DNA of 64,000 nucleotides, taken from Methylobacteriaceae bacterium (GTDB lineage Bacteria; Pseudomonadota; Alphaproteobacteria; Rhizobiales; Beijerinckiaceae). The number at the start of each line of letters is the position of its first letter. Position 1 is the stretch's first letter. The notes under the pieces were generated by a model that did not search any database, was not told the origin of the DNA, and saw only the letters and a program-made list of their open reading frames with translations. Below are positions 55,126 to 64,000 of this stretch, in pieces. A program made the position numbers and the translations under genes. The stretch lies in assembly GCA_040380755.1 (NCBI GenBank), contig JBEIIL010000001.1, positions 3,418-67,417 of the forward strand, in the 5' to 3' direction.

Positions 55126-55473
55126 ATGCGTGCCATCATCGTCGCAGCCGTCATCAGCCTTGGCCTGGCCGGGTGCCAGACGGTCGCGGAATCCCAGGTC
55201 AGCGCCGAGTACACCTGCCAGAACGCCGGCCTGCGGCCAGGCACCGGGGCCTATGCGCGCTGCGTCAATGCCAACTATGCGGAGAACCGCGCCAACGCCC
55301 AGGAGGCCAGCAACGCGGTGGCAGCCGGCGTCGCCGCCGGCGTGATCGGTGGCGCCATCGTGGCGGCGTCGACGACCCCGCGCTACGGCTATTACGACCG
55401 CGGCTACTATGGCCGCAGCTATTACGGCCGCGGTTATTACGGCCGCGGCTATCGGCGGGGCTATTACTACTGA
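55126..55473 (+). CDS. Small lipoprotein with Tyr/Gly/Arg repeat C-terminal tail
   Basis: MRAIIVAAVISLGLAGCQ (lipobox LAGC) with RBS GGAGA. A Gly/Ala TM-like segment follows, then the tail RYGYYDRGYYGRSYYGRGYYGRGYRRGYYY. Confidence 0.65.
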   Translation: MRAIIVAAVISLGLAGCQTVAESQVSAEYTCQNAGLRPGTGAYARCVNANYAENRANAQEASNAVAAGVAAGVIGGAIVAASTTPRYGYYDRGYYGRSYYGRGYYGRGYRRGYYY

Positions 55474-55546
55474 GGCAACCGGACCGGCGGAGGCCGCCCA
55501 CGGCGGTCTCCCAGTCTATCCCGGTCTTTCAGTCCATTCCGGCCGC

Positions 55547-56449
55547 TCAGCCCATCCCGGCCTCCTGGCGGCACCAGCGGGCGATGTCGGCGTGGGTGGC
55601 GAACCAGCAGCCGCCCAGTGCCTTGGCGTGGCGGATCACCTCGTCGAGGATCCAGATCCGCGAACGATGGCCAATGTGGTGCGGGTGCATGGTCAGCACG
55701 TAGAGCCCGCCCTCGGCATGCGCCATGTCGAGCTCGCGCCGGAAGATGTCGAGCACGGCCTCCGGTGACGTGTAGGGCCGCAGGCCACCCATCCGGTCCA
55801 TGTTGAAATAGACCGCATCGTCGCGGATCCACTCGACCGGCAGTTCGACGACGCCGGTCGGCCGCCCCTCGTCGAGCAGCTCGTAGGGGTCGTCGTCGGC
55901 CATCAGCGAGCTGTCATAGATGAGGCCCATCTCGCGGATGATCTTCAGCGTCCAGGGGCTGAAATCCCACGACGCCGTGCGCATGCCGACAGGGCGGACG
56001 CCGCCGATGCGCTCCAGCACGTCTGCCGCCCGCAAGGCGAGGCCGCGCTCCACCGATTCGCTCAGCCGTGAGTTGAACTCGTGGATCCAGCTGTGGATCG
56101 CCAGCTCGTGGCCGGCGGCGACCACCGCCTTCGCCTCTTGGTCGTGCAGCATGGCCGAGACCGCCGGCATGAACACGCTGGCAGGCACCCCGTGGCGCTC
56201 CAGCAGCGCGAGGATGCGGGGCATGCCCTGGCGGGCGCCGTACTGGCCCTGGCTCAGCTTGCCGTAGGACTTGCCGCCAAAGCGCAGCTCGATGGTCTCG
56301 TGGTCGCTGTCGAAGGAGAGCGCCACAGCGCAGCGGGCGCCGTCCTTCCAGGCCTTCGGTGCCAGCGAGCGCCCGGCCCGCACATGGTCGACGATGCCGC
56401 GCCAGTGCGCGTCCGGCCACTCCCACGGGTTCTGTTCGGTCTCGGTCAT
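55547..56449 (-). CDS. Polysaccharide deacetylase-family (NodB/PuuE-like) protein
   Basis: 300 aa with ALSFDSDHE, HGVPASVF and HSWIHE motifs of the carbohydrate esterase 4 fold. Confidence 0.85.
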   Translation of the reverse strand: MTETEQNPWEWPDAHWRGIVDHVRAGRSLAPKAWKDGARCAVALSFDSDHETIELRFGGKSYGKLSQGQYGARQGMPRILALLERHGVPASVFMPAVSAMLHDQEAKAVVAAGHELAIHSWIHEFNSRLSESVERGLALRAADVLERIGGVRPVGMRTASWDFSPWTLKIIREMGLIYDSSLMADDDPYELLDEGRPTGVVELPVEWIRDDAVYFNMDRMGGLRPYTSPEAVLDIFRRELDMAHAEGGLYVLTMHPHHIGHRSRIWILDEVIRHAKALGGCWFATHADIARWCRQEAGMG

Positions 56450-56625
56450 GCTGTCCTCCGGGGCAGGCGTGCGGCCGCGCCGGCCGCGTTGACGCCACGA
56501 TCAAACAGGCCTGGGCCCGGCTTGGCCAGCCCCCGCGGGCCATGGGTGTTGCGCGTTCTGCGCGCGTCGAGATTGTTTCCCGGTGCTTGGCTCCTCGCCA
56601 ACACCGATGATGCCACCCGGCGTTC

Positions 56626-57666
56626 TCACGCGAAGTGGCACGCCACCTGCGCCCCGTCGGGGCGCGTGGTGAGGTCCGGTCGCTCGGTGCGGCAGCGGTC
56701 GGCGACAAGCGGGCAGCGGCTGGCGAAGGCGCAGCCGGGCGGAATGTCGGCGGGGCTCGGCAGGTCGCCGGTGAGCCGCATGCGGGTGCGGCCGCGCTGC
56801 CGGGCGGGGTCGGGATCGGGCACGGCGTCGAGCAACGCGCGGGTGTAGGGGTGCTTCGGCGCGGCAAACAGCGTGTCGCGGGAGGCGAGCTCGACGATGC
56901 GGCCGAGATACATCACCGCCACCCGGTCCGTCACATGCCGCACCACGGCGAGGTCGTGGGAGACGAACAGGTAGGCCACTCCCCTCTCCCGCTGCAGGTC
57001 GACCAGCAGGTTGAGGATCTGGGCGCGGACCGAGACATCCAGTGCCGAGACCGGCTCATCGCAGACAACGAGCTGTGGCTCCAGCGCCAAAGCACGGGCA
57101 ATGACGATGCGCTGGCGCTGGCCGCCGGAGAACTCGTGCGGGAAGCGCCCGGCATGCTCGGGTCGCAGGCCGACGGCGCGCAGCAGCGCAGCGACACGCT
57201 CGCGCAGAACCGCGCCGCGGGCGACGCCGGCCACCGCCAGCGGCTCGCCGATCGCCGCGCCGATGCTCATGCGCGGGTTCAGCGACAGCGCCGGGTCCTG
57301 GAAGATCAGCGCCACCGTGCGGCGGATGGCGGCGAGCCCGGCGCGGTCCGCCCCCACCACCTCGGCTCCGGCCACCTGCACCGAGCCGCGCACCGGGCGG
57401 ACGATGCCGAGCACGGCATTCGACAGGGTCGACTTGCCGCAGCCGGATTCGCCGACGAGGCCCAGCGTCTCGCCGGGCGCGATTGTCAGGTCGACGCCGT
57501 CAACGGCGCGCACCACCGCGGCGGGAGGCGCGAACAGGCCGCGGCGGCCGGCGAAATGCACCGCCAGGTCGCGGATGGCCAGCACCAGCGCGGCGGGTTG
57601 CGCCGGTGTCGTGGGGTTCACCGCATCAGCTGCGAGCTCGGCCTTGGGCTCGGAGGCCGGCGTCAT
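56626..57666 (-). CDS. Peptide-type ABC transporter ATP-binding protein (DppF/OppF-like)
   Basis: Start MTPASEPK overlaps the upstream stop (ATGA). Contains GESGCGKST, LSGGQRQR, DEPVSALD and a C-terminal oligopeptide-type Cys-containing extension. Confidence 0.9.
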   Translation of the reverse strand: MTPASEPKAELAADAVNPTTPAQPAALVLAIRDLAVHFAGRRGLFAPPAAVVRAVDGVDLTIAPGETLGLVGESGCGKSTLSNAVLGIVRPVRGSVQVAGAEVVGADRAGLAAIRRTVALIFQDPALSLNPRMSIGAAIGEPLAVAGVARGAVLRERVAALLRAVGLRPEHAGRFPHEFSGGQRQRIVIARALALEPQLVVCDEPVSALDVSVRAQILNLLVDLQRERGVAYLFVSHDLAVVRHVTDRVAVMYLGRIVELASRDTLFAAPKHPYTRALLDAVPDPDPARQRGRTRMRLTGDLPSPADIPPGCAFASRCPLVADRCRTERPDLTTRPDGAQVACHFA

Positions 57667-58667
57667 GCCGCGCCCCGCAAGGTGGCGGCCTCGCCGGAAC
57701 GCCAGCAGGCGGCAGCGTGGCCGTCGGCGTCCGTCACCAGCGGCGGCGCCTCGGCGGTGCAGCGGGCGATGGCCAGCGGGCAGCGCGAGGCATAACGGCA
57801 ACCGGGCCCGAACTCGGCCGGGGTCGGCACCTGACCCTCGATGGTCGCGAGGCGACCCTTGGGGGCGGCCTCCAGCCGCGGCACGCTGGCCAGCAGCATG
57901 GCGGTGTAGGGATGCCGGGGTGCGGCATAGAGCGCCGCCGCGTCGGCGATCTCGGCGACCCGGCCGGCATACATCACCACCACCCGGTCGGCGATGTCGG
58001 CGACCACGCCCATGTCGTGGGTGATGAGCAGCACCGCCGTCCCCTGCCCGGCGACGCGGCTGCGCAGCAGGTCGAGGATCTCCGCCTGGATGGTGACGTC
58101 GAGGGCCGTCGTCGGTTCGTCGGCCACCAGCAGGCGTGGCCCGCAGATCAGCGCCAGCGCGATCATCACCCGCTGGCACATGCCGCCCGACAGCTCGAAC
58201 GGATACTGGTCCAGCCGCCGGGCCGGATCGGGAATGCCGACCGCGGCCAGCATGGCGCGGGCGCGCTCGCGCGCCTCGGCAGTGGAGACGGCCTGATGGA
58301 TGCGCAGTGCCTCCACCAGCTGGCTGCCGACCATCATCAGCGGATCGAGCGAGGCCGTCGGCTCCTGGAAGATCATCGCCAGGTCGCGGCCGCGCACGCC
58401 GCACATCGCCGCCTCCGGCAGGGCGGCGAGATCGCGGCCCTCGAACAGGATGCGTCCGCCCGACAGCCGCACGGCCGGCGCCAGCAGGCGCATGACCGCC
58501 AGCGCCGTCAGCGACTTGCCGCAACCCGATTCACCCACAATGGCGACGACCTCGCCGCGCGCGACCGCAAACGACACGCGGTCGACCACCGACGCGCCGC
58601 GGATGGCGAGCGTCAGATCCTGGACGGCGAGCAGCGGCGCATCGGCCATGGCGGGCACCGGTTGCAT
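57663..58667 (-). CDS. Peptide-type ABC transporter ATP-binding protein (DppD/OppD-like)
   Basis: Contains GESGCGKSLT, LSGGMCQRV, ADEPTTALD and LITHDMGVV. Confidence 0.9.
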   Translation of the reverse strand: MQPVPAMADAPLLAVQDLTLAIRGASVVDRVSFAVARGEVVAIVGESGCGKSLTALAVMRLLAPAVRLSGGRILFEGRDLAALPEAAMCGVRGRDLAMIFQEPTASLDPLMMVGSQLVEALRIHQAVSTAEARERARAMLAAVGIPDPARRLDQYPFELSGGMCQRVMIALALICGPRLLVADEPTTALDVTIQAEILDLLRSRVAGQGTAVLLITHDMGVVADIADRVVVMYAGRVAEIADAAALYAAPRHPYTAMLLASVPRLEAAPKGRLATIEGQVPTPAEFGPGCRYASRCPLAIARCTAEAPPLVTDADGHAAACWRSGEAATLRGAA

Positions 58668-59449
58668 CAGCGGCCCGGCTTGCCGAGTTCGCCCGGATCA
58701 TAGGTGCCGATCGAGTTGCCGCCGTCGACCGACAGGACCGCGCCGGTGATGAAGCCGGCGGCCGGCGAGCACAGGTAAAGCACAGCGCCGGGCGCATCCT
58801 CGGGCCCGCTGGTGCGGCCGAGCGGAATGCGGGCGGCCATGCGGGCGACATAGTCGTCCGTCAGCGGGCTGACGACGCTGCCCGGCGCAAAGCCCGGCTC
58901 GACGACATTGACGCGGATCTTGTGCGGCGCCAGCTCCAGCGCGAAGCCCTTGGCGAGGCGCTCCAGCGCCGTCTTGGTGGTGCAGTAGGGCACTGAGCCG
59001 TTGCGCATCTGGCGGGCCGCACCGGACGAGATCATCACGACCGAGCCGTGCGTGCCGGCCGCCACCATGAGCCTGGCCAGGCCGCGGGTAACAAGGAACG
59101 GTGCGCGCAGGTTGACGCCGAAGATCCGGTCCCACTCGGCCACCTCGAGATCGAGCAGGCCACCCTTGGGGTAGACGCCGGCATTGTTGACGACGATGTC
59201 GGGCGTACCCCAGGCCTTGGCCACCGTGGAACAGAGATCGTCCACCGAGGCGGCATCCGTCAGGTCCGTGGCGTGCAGCAGCGCGCGGTCGCCGGTGAGG
59301 CCGGCCGCTTCCGCCACCTCCCCCGCCGCGTCGAGCCGCATGTCGGCAAGGCAGACGCTGGCGCCTTCCCGGGCAAACGCCTCGGTAATCCAACGGCCGA
59401 ATACGCCGGCGGCGCCGGTGACGACGACCTTCTTGCCGCAAAACATCAT
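58667..59449 (-). CDS. SDR-family oxidoreductase embedded in the ABC operon
   Basis: Start MMFCGKKVVVTGAAGVFG with RBS GAGGAGGAA. Contains NNAG, the YCTTK catalytic pair and a C-terminal SVDGG. Confidence 0.88.
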   Translation of the reverse strand: MMFCGKKVVVTGAAGVFGRWITEAFAREGASVCLADMRLDAAGEVAEAAGLTGDRALLHATDLTDAASVDDLCSTVAKAWGTPDIVVNNAGVYPKGGLLDLEVAEWDRIFGVNLRAPFLVTRGLARLMVAAGTHGSVVMISSGAARQMRNGSVPYCTTKTALERLAKGFALELAPHKIRVNVVEPGFAPGSVVSPLTDDYVARMAARIPLGRTSGPEDAPGAVLYLCSPAAGFITGAVLSVDGGNSIGTYDPGELGKPGR

Positions 59450-59459
59450 GGGTTCCTCC

Positions 59460-60329
59460 TCAGCGGCTGCGCGAGCGTGGATCCAGCCGGTCGCGCAGCC
59501 AGTCGCCGAACACGTTGACGGACAGGACGAGCGCGAAGAGCGTTGCGCCCGGGACGAGTGTGAGCCACCAGGCCCGGTCGAGATATTGCCGGCCGGAGGA
59601 CAGGATCGAGCCGAGGCTCGGCGTCGGCGGCTGGATGCCGAGGCCAAGGAAGGACAGGCTGGCCTCGAACAGGATCATCAGGCCGAACTCGGCCGTGGCC
59701 ACCACCAGCAGCGGCCCGGCGATGTTGGGCAGGATATGGCGCAGCAGGATGCGGGCCGAGGATGCACCGGCGAGTTCAGCCGCGCGGATATAGGGCAGCG
59801 ACGCGACCTGCAGGGTCTGCCCATAGGCGATGCGGGTGTAGCGTGGCCAGCGGGTGAAGCCGAGCACCATCACCACCTTGAGGAAGCCGGGGCCAAGCAC
59901 AGCGACGGTGAGTACGGCCAGCAGGATCGCGGGGATCGACAGCATGGTGTCGACAAGCCGCATGATGACGATCTCGACCCAGCCGCGCCGCCAGGCGGCA
60001 ATCATGCCCAGCAGCGTCCCGACCACGATCGACAGGCTGACGGACAGCAGCGCCACCAGGATCGACACCCGGGCGCCATGCAGCACGCGCGACAGCAGGT
60101 CGCGGCCCAGCTCGTCCGTGCCGAGGCGGTAGATCGCGCCGGACGCGGTGGCGTGGCCGGGCGGGCGCAGCCGCTGCAGCAGGGTCTGGCGGGTCGGATC
60201 GAACGGGGCGAGCCAGTCGGCGCCGATGGCGGCGAGGACCAAAGCGGCGAGCAGCGCCAACGCGAGGCCGACACCGAGCGGCACGGGGCCAACGGCGGCG
60301 GCCGCACGGCGCAGCACAGCGGCGCTCAT
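59460..60329 (-). CDS. Peptide-type ABC transporter permease (DppC/OppC-like)
   Basis: Start MSAAVLRR overlaps the upstream stop. Contains LGTDELGRDLLSR and the EAA-type loop AAELAGASSARILLRHILPN. Confidence 0.9.
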   Translation of the reverse strand: MSAAVLRRAAAAVGPVPLGVGLALALLAALVLAAIGADWLAPFDPTRQTLLQRLRPPGHATASGAIYRLGTDELGRDLLSRVLHGARVSILVALLSVSLSIVVGTLLGMIAAWRRGWVEIVIMRLVDTMLSIPAILLAVLTVAVLGPGFLKVVMVLGFTRWPRYTRIAYGQTLQVASLPYIRAAELAGASSARILLRHILPNIAGPLLVVATAEFGLMILFEASLSFLGLGIQPPTPSLGSILSSGRQYLDRAWWLTLVPGATLFALVLSVNVFGDWLRDRLDPRSRSR

Positions 60330-61249
60330 GCCGGGCTCAACCGGATGCGGGGGTCGATCCACGCATAGACGAGGTCGGCGGCGAGGCTCGTGACCGTGTA
60401 GACCACCGAGACGAACAGCACGACGGCCTGGACGACGAGAAAGTCGCGCGACTGGATCGACTGGATGGCGAGCTGGCCGATGCCCGGCCATGCGAACACG
60501 GTCTCGACGATGACCGAGCCGGCGAGCAGGTTGCCGATCTCGAGCGCCGCCACGGTGACCACCGGGATCGCCGCATTGCGCAGCACGTGGCGGGCGACGG
60601 TGCCGCCGACCGAAAGGCCGCGCGCCCGGGCGGCGCGCACATAGTCCTTGGAGAGTTCATCGACGATCGCGATGCGGGCCATGCGGGCGAATGTGGACAT
60701 CGACAGGGCCCCCAAGGCCACTGCCGGCATGATGATGGCCGCCGGCCCGTCGGCACCCGATGACGGCAGCCAGCGCAGGGTGACGGCGAACAGCATGATC
60801 AGCAGGATGCCCGACAGGAAAGTCGGCAGGCTCTGGCCGGCCAGCACGAGCGCCGCCAGCGGCCGCTCGAACCAGCGCCCCCTCCACACCGCCATGGCGA
60901 TGCCGACCGGAATGCCGATGCCGAGCGCCACCAGCAGGGCCGCCGAGGCCAACGCCACCGTGTAGGGGATGCGGGCGGCCAGGATGTCGACGGCCGGGAC
61001 GCGCTGGACCACCGAGTCGCCGAGATCGAGCCGCAGCAGGTCGCCCAGATAGGACAGGTACTGGATAAAGATCGGCCGATCGAAGCCGAGCTCGCGGCGC
61101 AACGCATCAATGTGCTCGCGCGATGCACCCTCGGGCACCAGCAGGAGTGTCGGATCGCCCGACAGGCGCATGACCACGAAGACGATGGTCATGACGCCGA
61201 AGGTGGCGATCAGCGCCTGCAGCAGGCGTCCGGCGAGATAGCGCGGCAT
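60326..61249 (-). CDS. Peptide-type ABC transporter permease (DppB/OppB-like)
   Basis: The MPRYLAGRLLQALIATFGVMTIVF start and the YVRAARARGLS EAA loop. Confidence 0.9.
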   Translation of the reverse strand: MPRYLAGRLLQALIATFGVMTIVFVVMRLSGDPTLLLVPEGASREHIDALRRELGFDRPIFIQYLSYLGDLLRLDLGDSVVQRVPAVDILAARIPYTVALASAALLVALGIGIPVGIAMAVWRGRWFERPLAALVLAGQSLPTFLSGILLIMLFAVTLRWLPSSGADGPAAIIMPAVALGALSMSTFARMARIAIVDELSKDYVRAARARGLSVGGTVARHVLRNAAIPVVTVAALEIGNLLAGSVIVETVFAWPGIGQLAIQSIQSRDFLVVQAVVLFVSVVYTVTSLAADLVYAWIDPRIRLSPA

Positions 61250-61279
61250 CTCAGCGGCCGCGCCGCCTCCCCGCCCCGC

Positions 61280-62788
61280 TCACGGCTTCCAGGCCATGTC
61301 GAACAGGAAGAACGCCTCGTTAGCCGTCGGCGTCCAGGTGATCTCCTTGCGCGCCGCATAGATGGCGAAGTCCTGGTAGAGGCCGATGCCGGGCACCTCG
61401 TCGCGCAGGATCTCGAACGCCTTGCGGTAGTGGACGAGCCGCTGCTTCGGATCGAGGATCGCGCGGGCCGCGTCGACTTCCTTGTCGAAGGCCGGGTTGG
61501 CGTACTTCGCCCAGATCGAGCCGGAGCGGAACAGCGGGAAGATCACGCCGTCCGCGTCCTGACAGGCGCAGGACCAGCGGCCGAGCGACAGCGACCCCGC
61601 CTCGTCGGGGCGGCCCTGGCGGCGGCGCAGGAACGTCGGCTGGTCCATGGTCTGGATCTCGACCTTGAGACCGACGTCCTGGATCATCTGCTGCAGCGCC
61701 TCGACGACGCGCCGGTCATAGGCAGGCGAGGTCAGGAAGGTCAGCTTCTGGCCGGCGGCGCCAGCCTCGGCAACAAGGGCCTTCGCCCTGGCGGGATCGT
61801 AGGGCCACCCCTTGATGTCGTCGACGAAGCCAAAATTGGCCGGCGTGAGGACAACGTCGACGGCCTTGCCATAGCCCTGCAGCAGCGCCTCGATGATGGC
61901 GGTGCGGTCGATGGCATGGGCGACAGCCCGGCGGACGCGGACATCCTGGGTGGGGCCCGCCTGAGTGTTGAGGAACATGTAGCCGATGCGCTCGGTGGGC
62001 ACGGCGAGCACCTGCAGCTTGGCGTCCTTCTTCACCGTCAGCGCCTCGTCCGGCGACAGGCCGCGAACGATGTCGGCCTTGCCGGTCTGCAGGTCGGCGA
62101 CGCGGGTGGCGACGTCGGGCACGACCCGGAACACGACGGTCCGGAACGGCGGCTTGCCGCGCCAGTAGGTGTCATTGGCCTCCAGCGTCGCGGCGATCCC
62201 CTTCTGCCACTGCTTCAGGCGGAACGGCCCCGAGCCAACGGGCTCCAGATTGAACTTCTGGGCGCCGACCTTGTCGACATAGGCCTTGGGCACGATCGAG
62301 AGCTTCACAAGCTGGGCGAACAGCGCCGGATAAGGCGATTTCGTCACCATCCGGACCGTGGCGGGACCGGTGACCTCCGCCGAGGCGATCTGATCGAACT
62401 GGGAAAGCTGAGGGCTCCTGAGCGCCGGGTCGATGATCCGGCGGATCGAGAACACGACATCCTCGGGCGTCAGCGGCGTGCCGTCGTGGAAGGTGACCCC
62501 CTGGCGAATGGTGAAATCGATGACGGTATCGCTCACATAGGTCCAGGCCGTCGCGATCTGCGGCACGATCGTGCCCGAGGCGTCGCGGGTCACGAGGTTG
62601 TCGAAGATGTTGCGATAGACCGTGTAGCTGTCCGTATCCCACTGCAGATGCGGATCGAGCGTCGCAGCGTCGTTGGGCAGGTCGACCGTGACAAGATCGC
62701 GCGACTGCGCGGCAACAGGCCCGGCCAGACTTGCAGTGCCGAGCGCGGCGGCAAGCAGGATGACGGTTCGAAATGATCGCAACAACAT
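61280..62788 (-). CDS. ABC transporter substrate-binding protein, family 5 (peptide/nickel/opine type)
   Basis: 502 aa with a signal peptide and family-5 blocks DLPNDAATLDPH, FHDGTPLTPEDVVFS and YNPAFD. Confidence 0.9.
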   Translation of the reverse strand: MLLRSFRTVILLAAALGTASLAGPVAAQSRDLVTVDLPNDAATLDPHLQWDTDSYTVYRNIFDNLVTRDASGTIVPQIATAWTYVSDTVIDFTIRQGVTFHDGTPLTPEDVVFSIRRIIDPALRSPQLSQFDQIASAEVTGPATVRMVTKSPYPALFAQLVKLSIVPKAYVDKVGAQKFNLEPVGSGPFRLKQWQKGIAATLEANDTYWRGKPPFRTVVFRVVPDVATRVADLQTGKADIVRGLSPDEALTVKKDAKLQVLAVPTERIGYMFLNTQAGPTQDVRVRRAVAHAIDRTAIIEALLQGYGKAVDVVLTPANFGFVDDIKGWPYDPARAKALVAEAGAAGQKLTFLTSPAYDRRVVEALQQMIQDVGLKVEIQTMDQPTFLRRRQGRPDEAGSLSLGRWSCACQDADGVIFPLFRSGSIWAKYANPAFDKEVDAARAILDPKQRLVHYRKAFEILRDEVPGIGLYQDFAIYAARKEITWTPTANEAFFLFDMAWKP

Positions 62789-63155
62789 GGCTCAGTCCCC
62801 CGGGAGATGGATCAGCCTATCGTGCCGGGACGGGTTCACAACCCGGTTTTGTGCATGGTCGCCGGCGCTGCGCGCATGTCGGGACCGGGCTGACCTGAAA
62901 ACCGCCCGCCAACAGCAAACACAATCAACGACCGGACTGGATTGATGAGCCATTCTCTCTCGGCTTGCTGCAGGATCAGGATATCCGAGGCAGGTCATGG
63001 CGTTTGCTTTTGCAACAACTCACGGCCGGATCCTTCGTGTTCGGCTGACAAGAGCGGCGGCGATCACCGCTGATCGAGCGCAGATCACCGACAACGGATT
63101 GCTCCTTCGCCCGGCTTGCGCCATGGTCCGGCGCAATCAAGGTCAGGGGTTCTCC

Positions 63156-64000
63156 ATGCTGTATGTCGATATTCCAACGCTTGCCGATCTCACTGCGCTT
63201 GCCTCTTATCGGGGCGACATGGCGGTCTCGATTTATCTGCCGACAACGCCCGTCACGCAGGAGGCGGCCGCCGACCGGATCGCCCTGAAAAACCTGGCGC
63301 GGGACGCGTTGGGGCAGATCGAGGCCATCGGAGCCGACAAGGCGAGGGCTGCCGCCCTGTTCGAGCGCATCGAAGAGCTTGAGGAGGACGACGCGTTCTG
63401 GGCCCATCAGGCCCATAGCCTCGCCTTGTTTGCGACTCCGGACACGCTGCGCAGCTTCCGCGTGCCCAACGCCCTGCTGTCCAAGGTCGAGGTTTCGGAC
63501 CGCTTCGACATCACGCCGCTGCTGCGGGCGACGACCTTTGCCAATGTGGCCTATGTGCTGGCGCTCTCGGAAGGCGCGGTGCGGCTGGTCGAGGTTTCGC
63601 CGGGCCTGCCGGCGACAACCGTGAAAGTGGCGGAGCTCCCGCGCGATGCGGCCAGCGCGGTCGGCAAGGCGAGCGTCAACAATCTGTCCCAGAACACACG
63701 TCTGTCGGGCGGCACGGGACAAAAGGTGCTGCTCGGCCAGTATGCGCGGCAGGTGGACCGCGCGCTGCGGCCTGTCCTGAGTGGCTCGGACATCCCCTTG
63801 ATCCTGGCCAGCACCGAGCCGCTGCTCTCGATCTATCGGGGACACAACACCTATTCGCATCTGGTCGAGCCGATCATCCAGGGCAGCCCCGACCGCCTGA
63901 CCGACAGCCAGTTGGCCGAGCAGGCGCGCGGCGTTCTCGACAGCCTCTATCGCGACGAGATCGCGGCCCTGGGTGAGAGCTACCAGGCCGTTGCCAGGCA
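63156..64000 (+). CDS. Hypothetical protein, possibly a bacterial eRF1-like (baeRF) family member; 3' end beyond the window
   Basis: Open frame from ATG 63156 to the window end, absent from the ORF track because no stop is seen. Hand translation MLYVDIPTLADLTALASYRGDMAVSIYLPTTPVTQEAAADRIALKNLARDAL...DDAFWAHQAHSLALFATPDTLRSFRVPNAL...DRFDITPLLRA...YVLALSEGAVRLVEV. High GC3. The family call rests on recollection only. Confidence 0.6.
   Translation, partial: MLYVDIPTLADLTALASYRGDMAVSIYLPTTPVTQEAAADRIALKNLARDALGQIEAIGADKARAAALFERIEELEEDDAFWAHQAHSLALFATPDTLRSFRVPNALLSKVEVSDRFDITPLLRATTFANVAYVLALSEGAVRLVEVSPGLPATTVKVAELPRDAASAVGKASVNNLSQNTRLSGGTGQKVLLGQYARQVDRALRPVLSGSDIPLILASTEPLLSIYRGHNTYSHLVEPIIQGSPDRLTDSQLAEQARGVLDSLYRDEIAALGESYQAVAR

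Noticed and set aside
56626-58524. The 632-aa ORF and similar N-terminally extended track ORFs (58667..59647, 49123..50100, 19963..20799, 54044..55033, 34412..35392, 12951..15164).
   Set aside because: The extensions overlap neighbouring genes or have non-coding composition. Internal starts with ribosome-binding sites, or ATGA start/stop overlaps, give proteins of canonical length.

Overview
High-GC alphaproteobacterial (Hyphomicrobiales/Rhizobiales-like) chromosomal segment with about 60 protein-coding genes, mostly housekeeping. It includes ccdA-thioredoxin, nnr, glnB-glnA, parE and parC, ssb/uvrA (divergent, sharing a LexA box), lepB-rnc-era-recO, recJ-glpX-hom-aminotransferase, argC and rplM-rpsI. 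It also carries two Bug/TctC binding proteins, a family-5 peptide-type ABC operon and a phosphate-scavenging block (PhoA-like phosphatase, DUF3299-like/ABC/FtsX module, PhoX). I found no rRNA, tRNA, CRISPR array, transposase or integrase, and no clear novel multi-gene system. Five points merit follow-up. (1) Five otherwise intact genes carry single-site lesions: in-frame TAG in phaC and in an ABC ATPase, and 1-nt frameshifts in a DUF3299-like gene, an FAH-family gene and probably a CoA-binding protein gene. (2) A roughly 115-nt diverged relic of the glnA 3' end lies 4.4 kb downstream of intact glnA and brackets the PhoA-like/ABC module, which resembles an old insertion or deletion scar. (3) A 17-bp tandem array rich in CCTCC motifs lies in the phaC/fadL convergent spacer. 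(4) A partial gene at the right edge recalls the bacterial eRF1-like (baeRF) families. (5) There are an orphan modB, a small lipoprotein with a Tyr/Gly/Arg repeat tail, and several regulatory motifs (LexA box, CtrA-type box, perfect palindromes). All functional calls rest on hand translation and remembered family motifs; no database search was possible.
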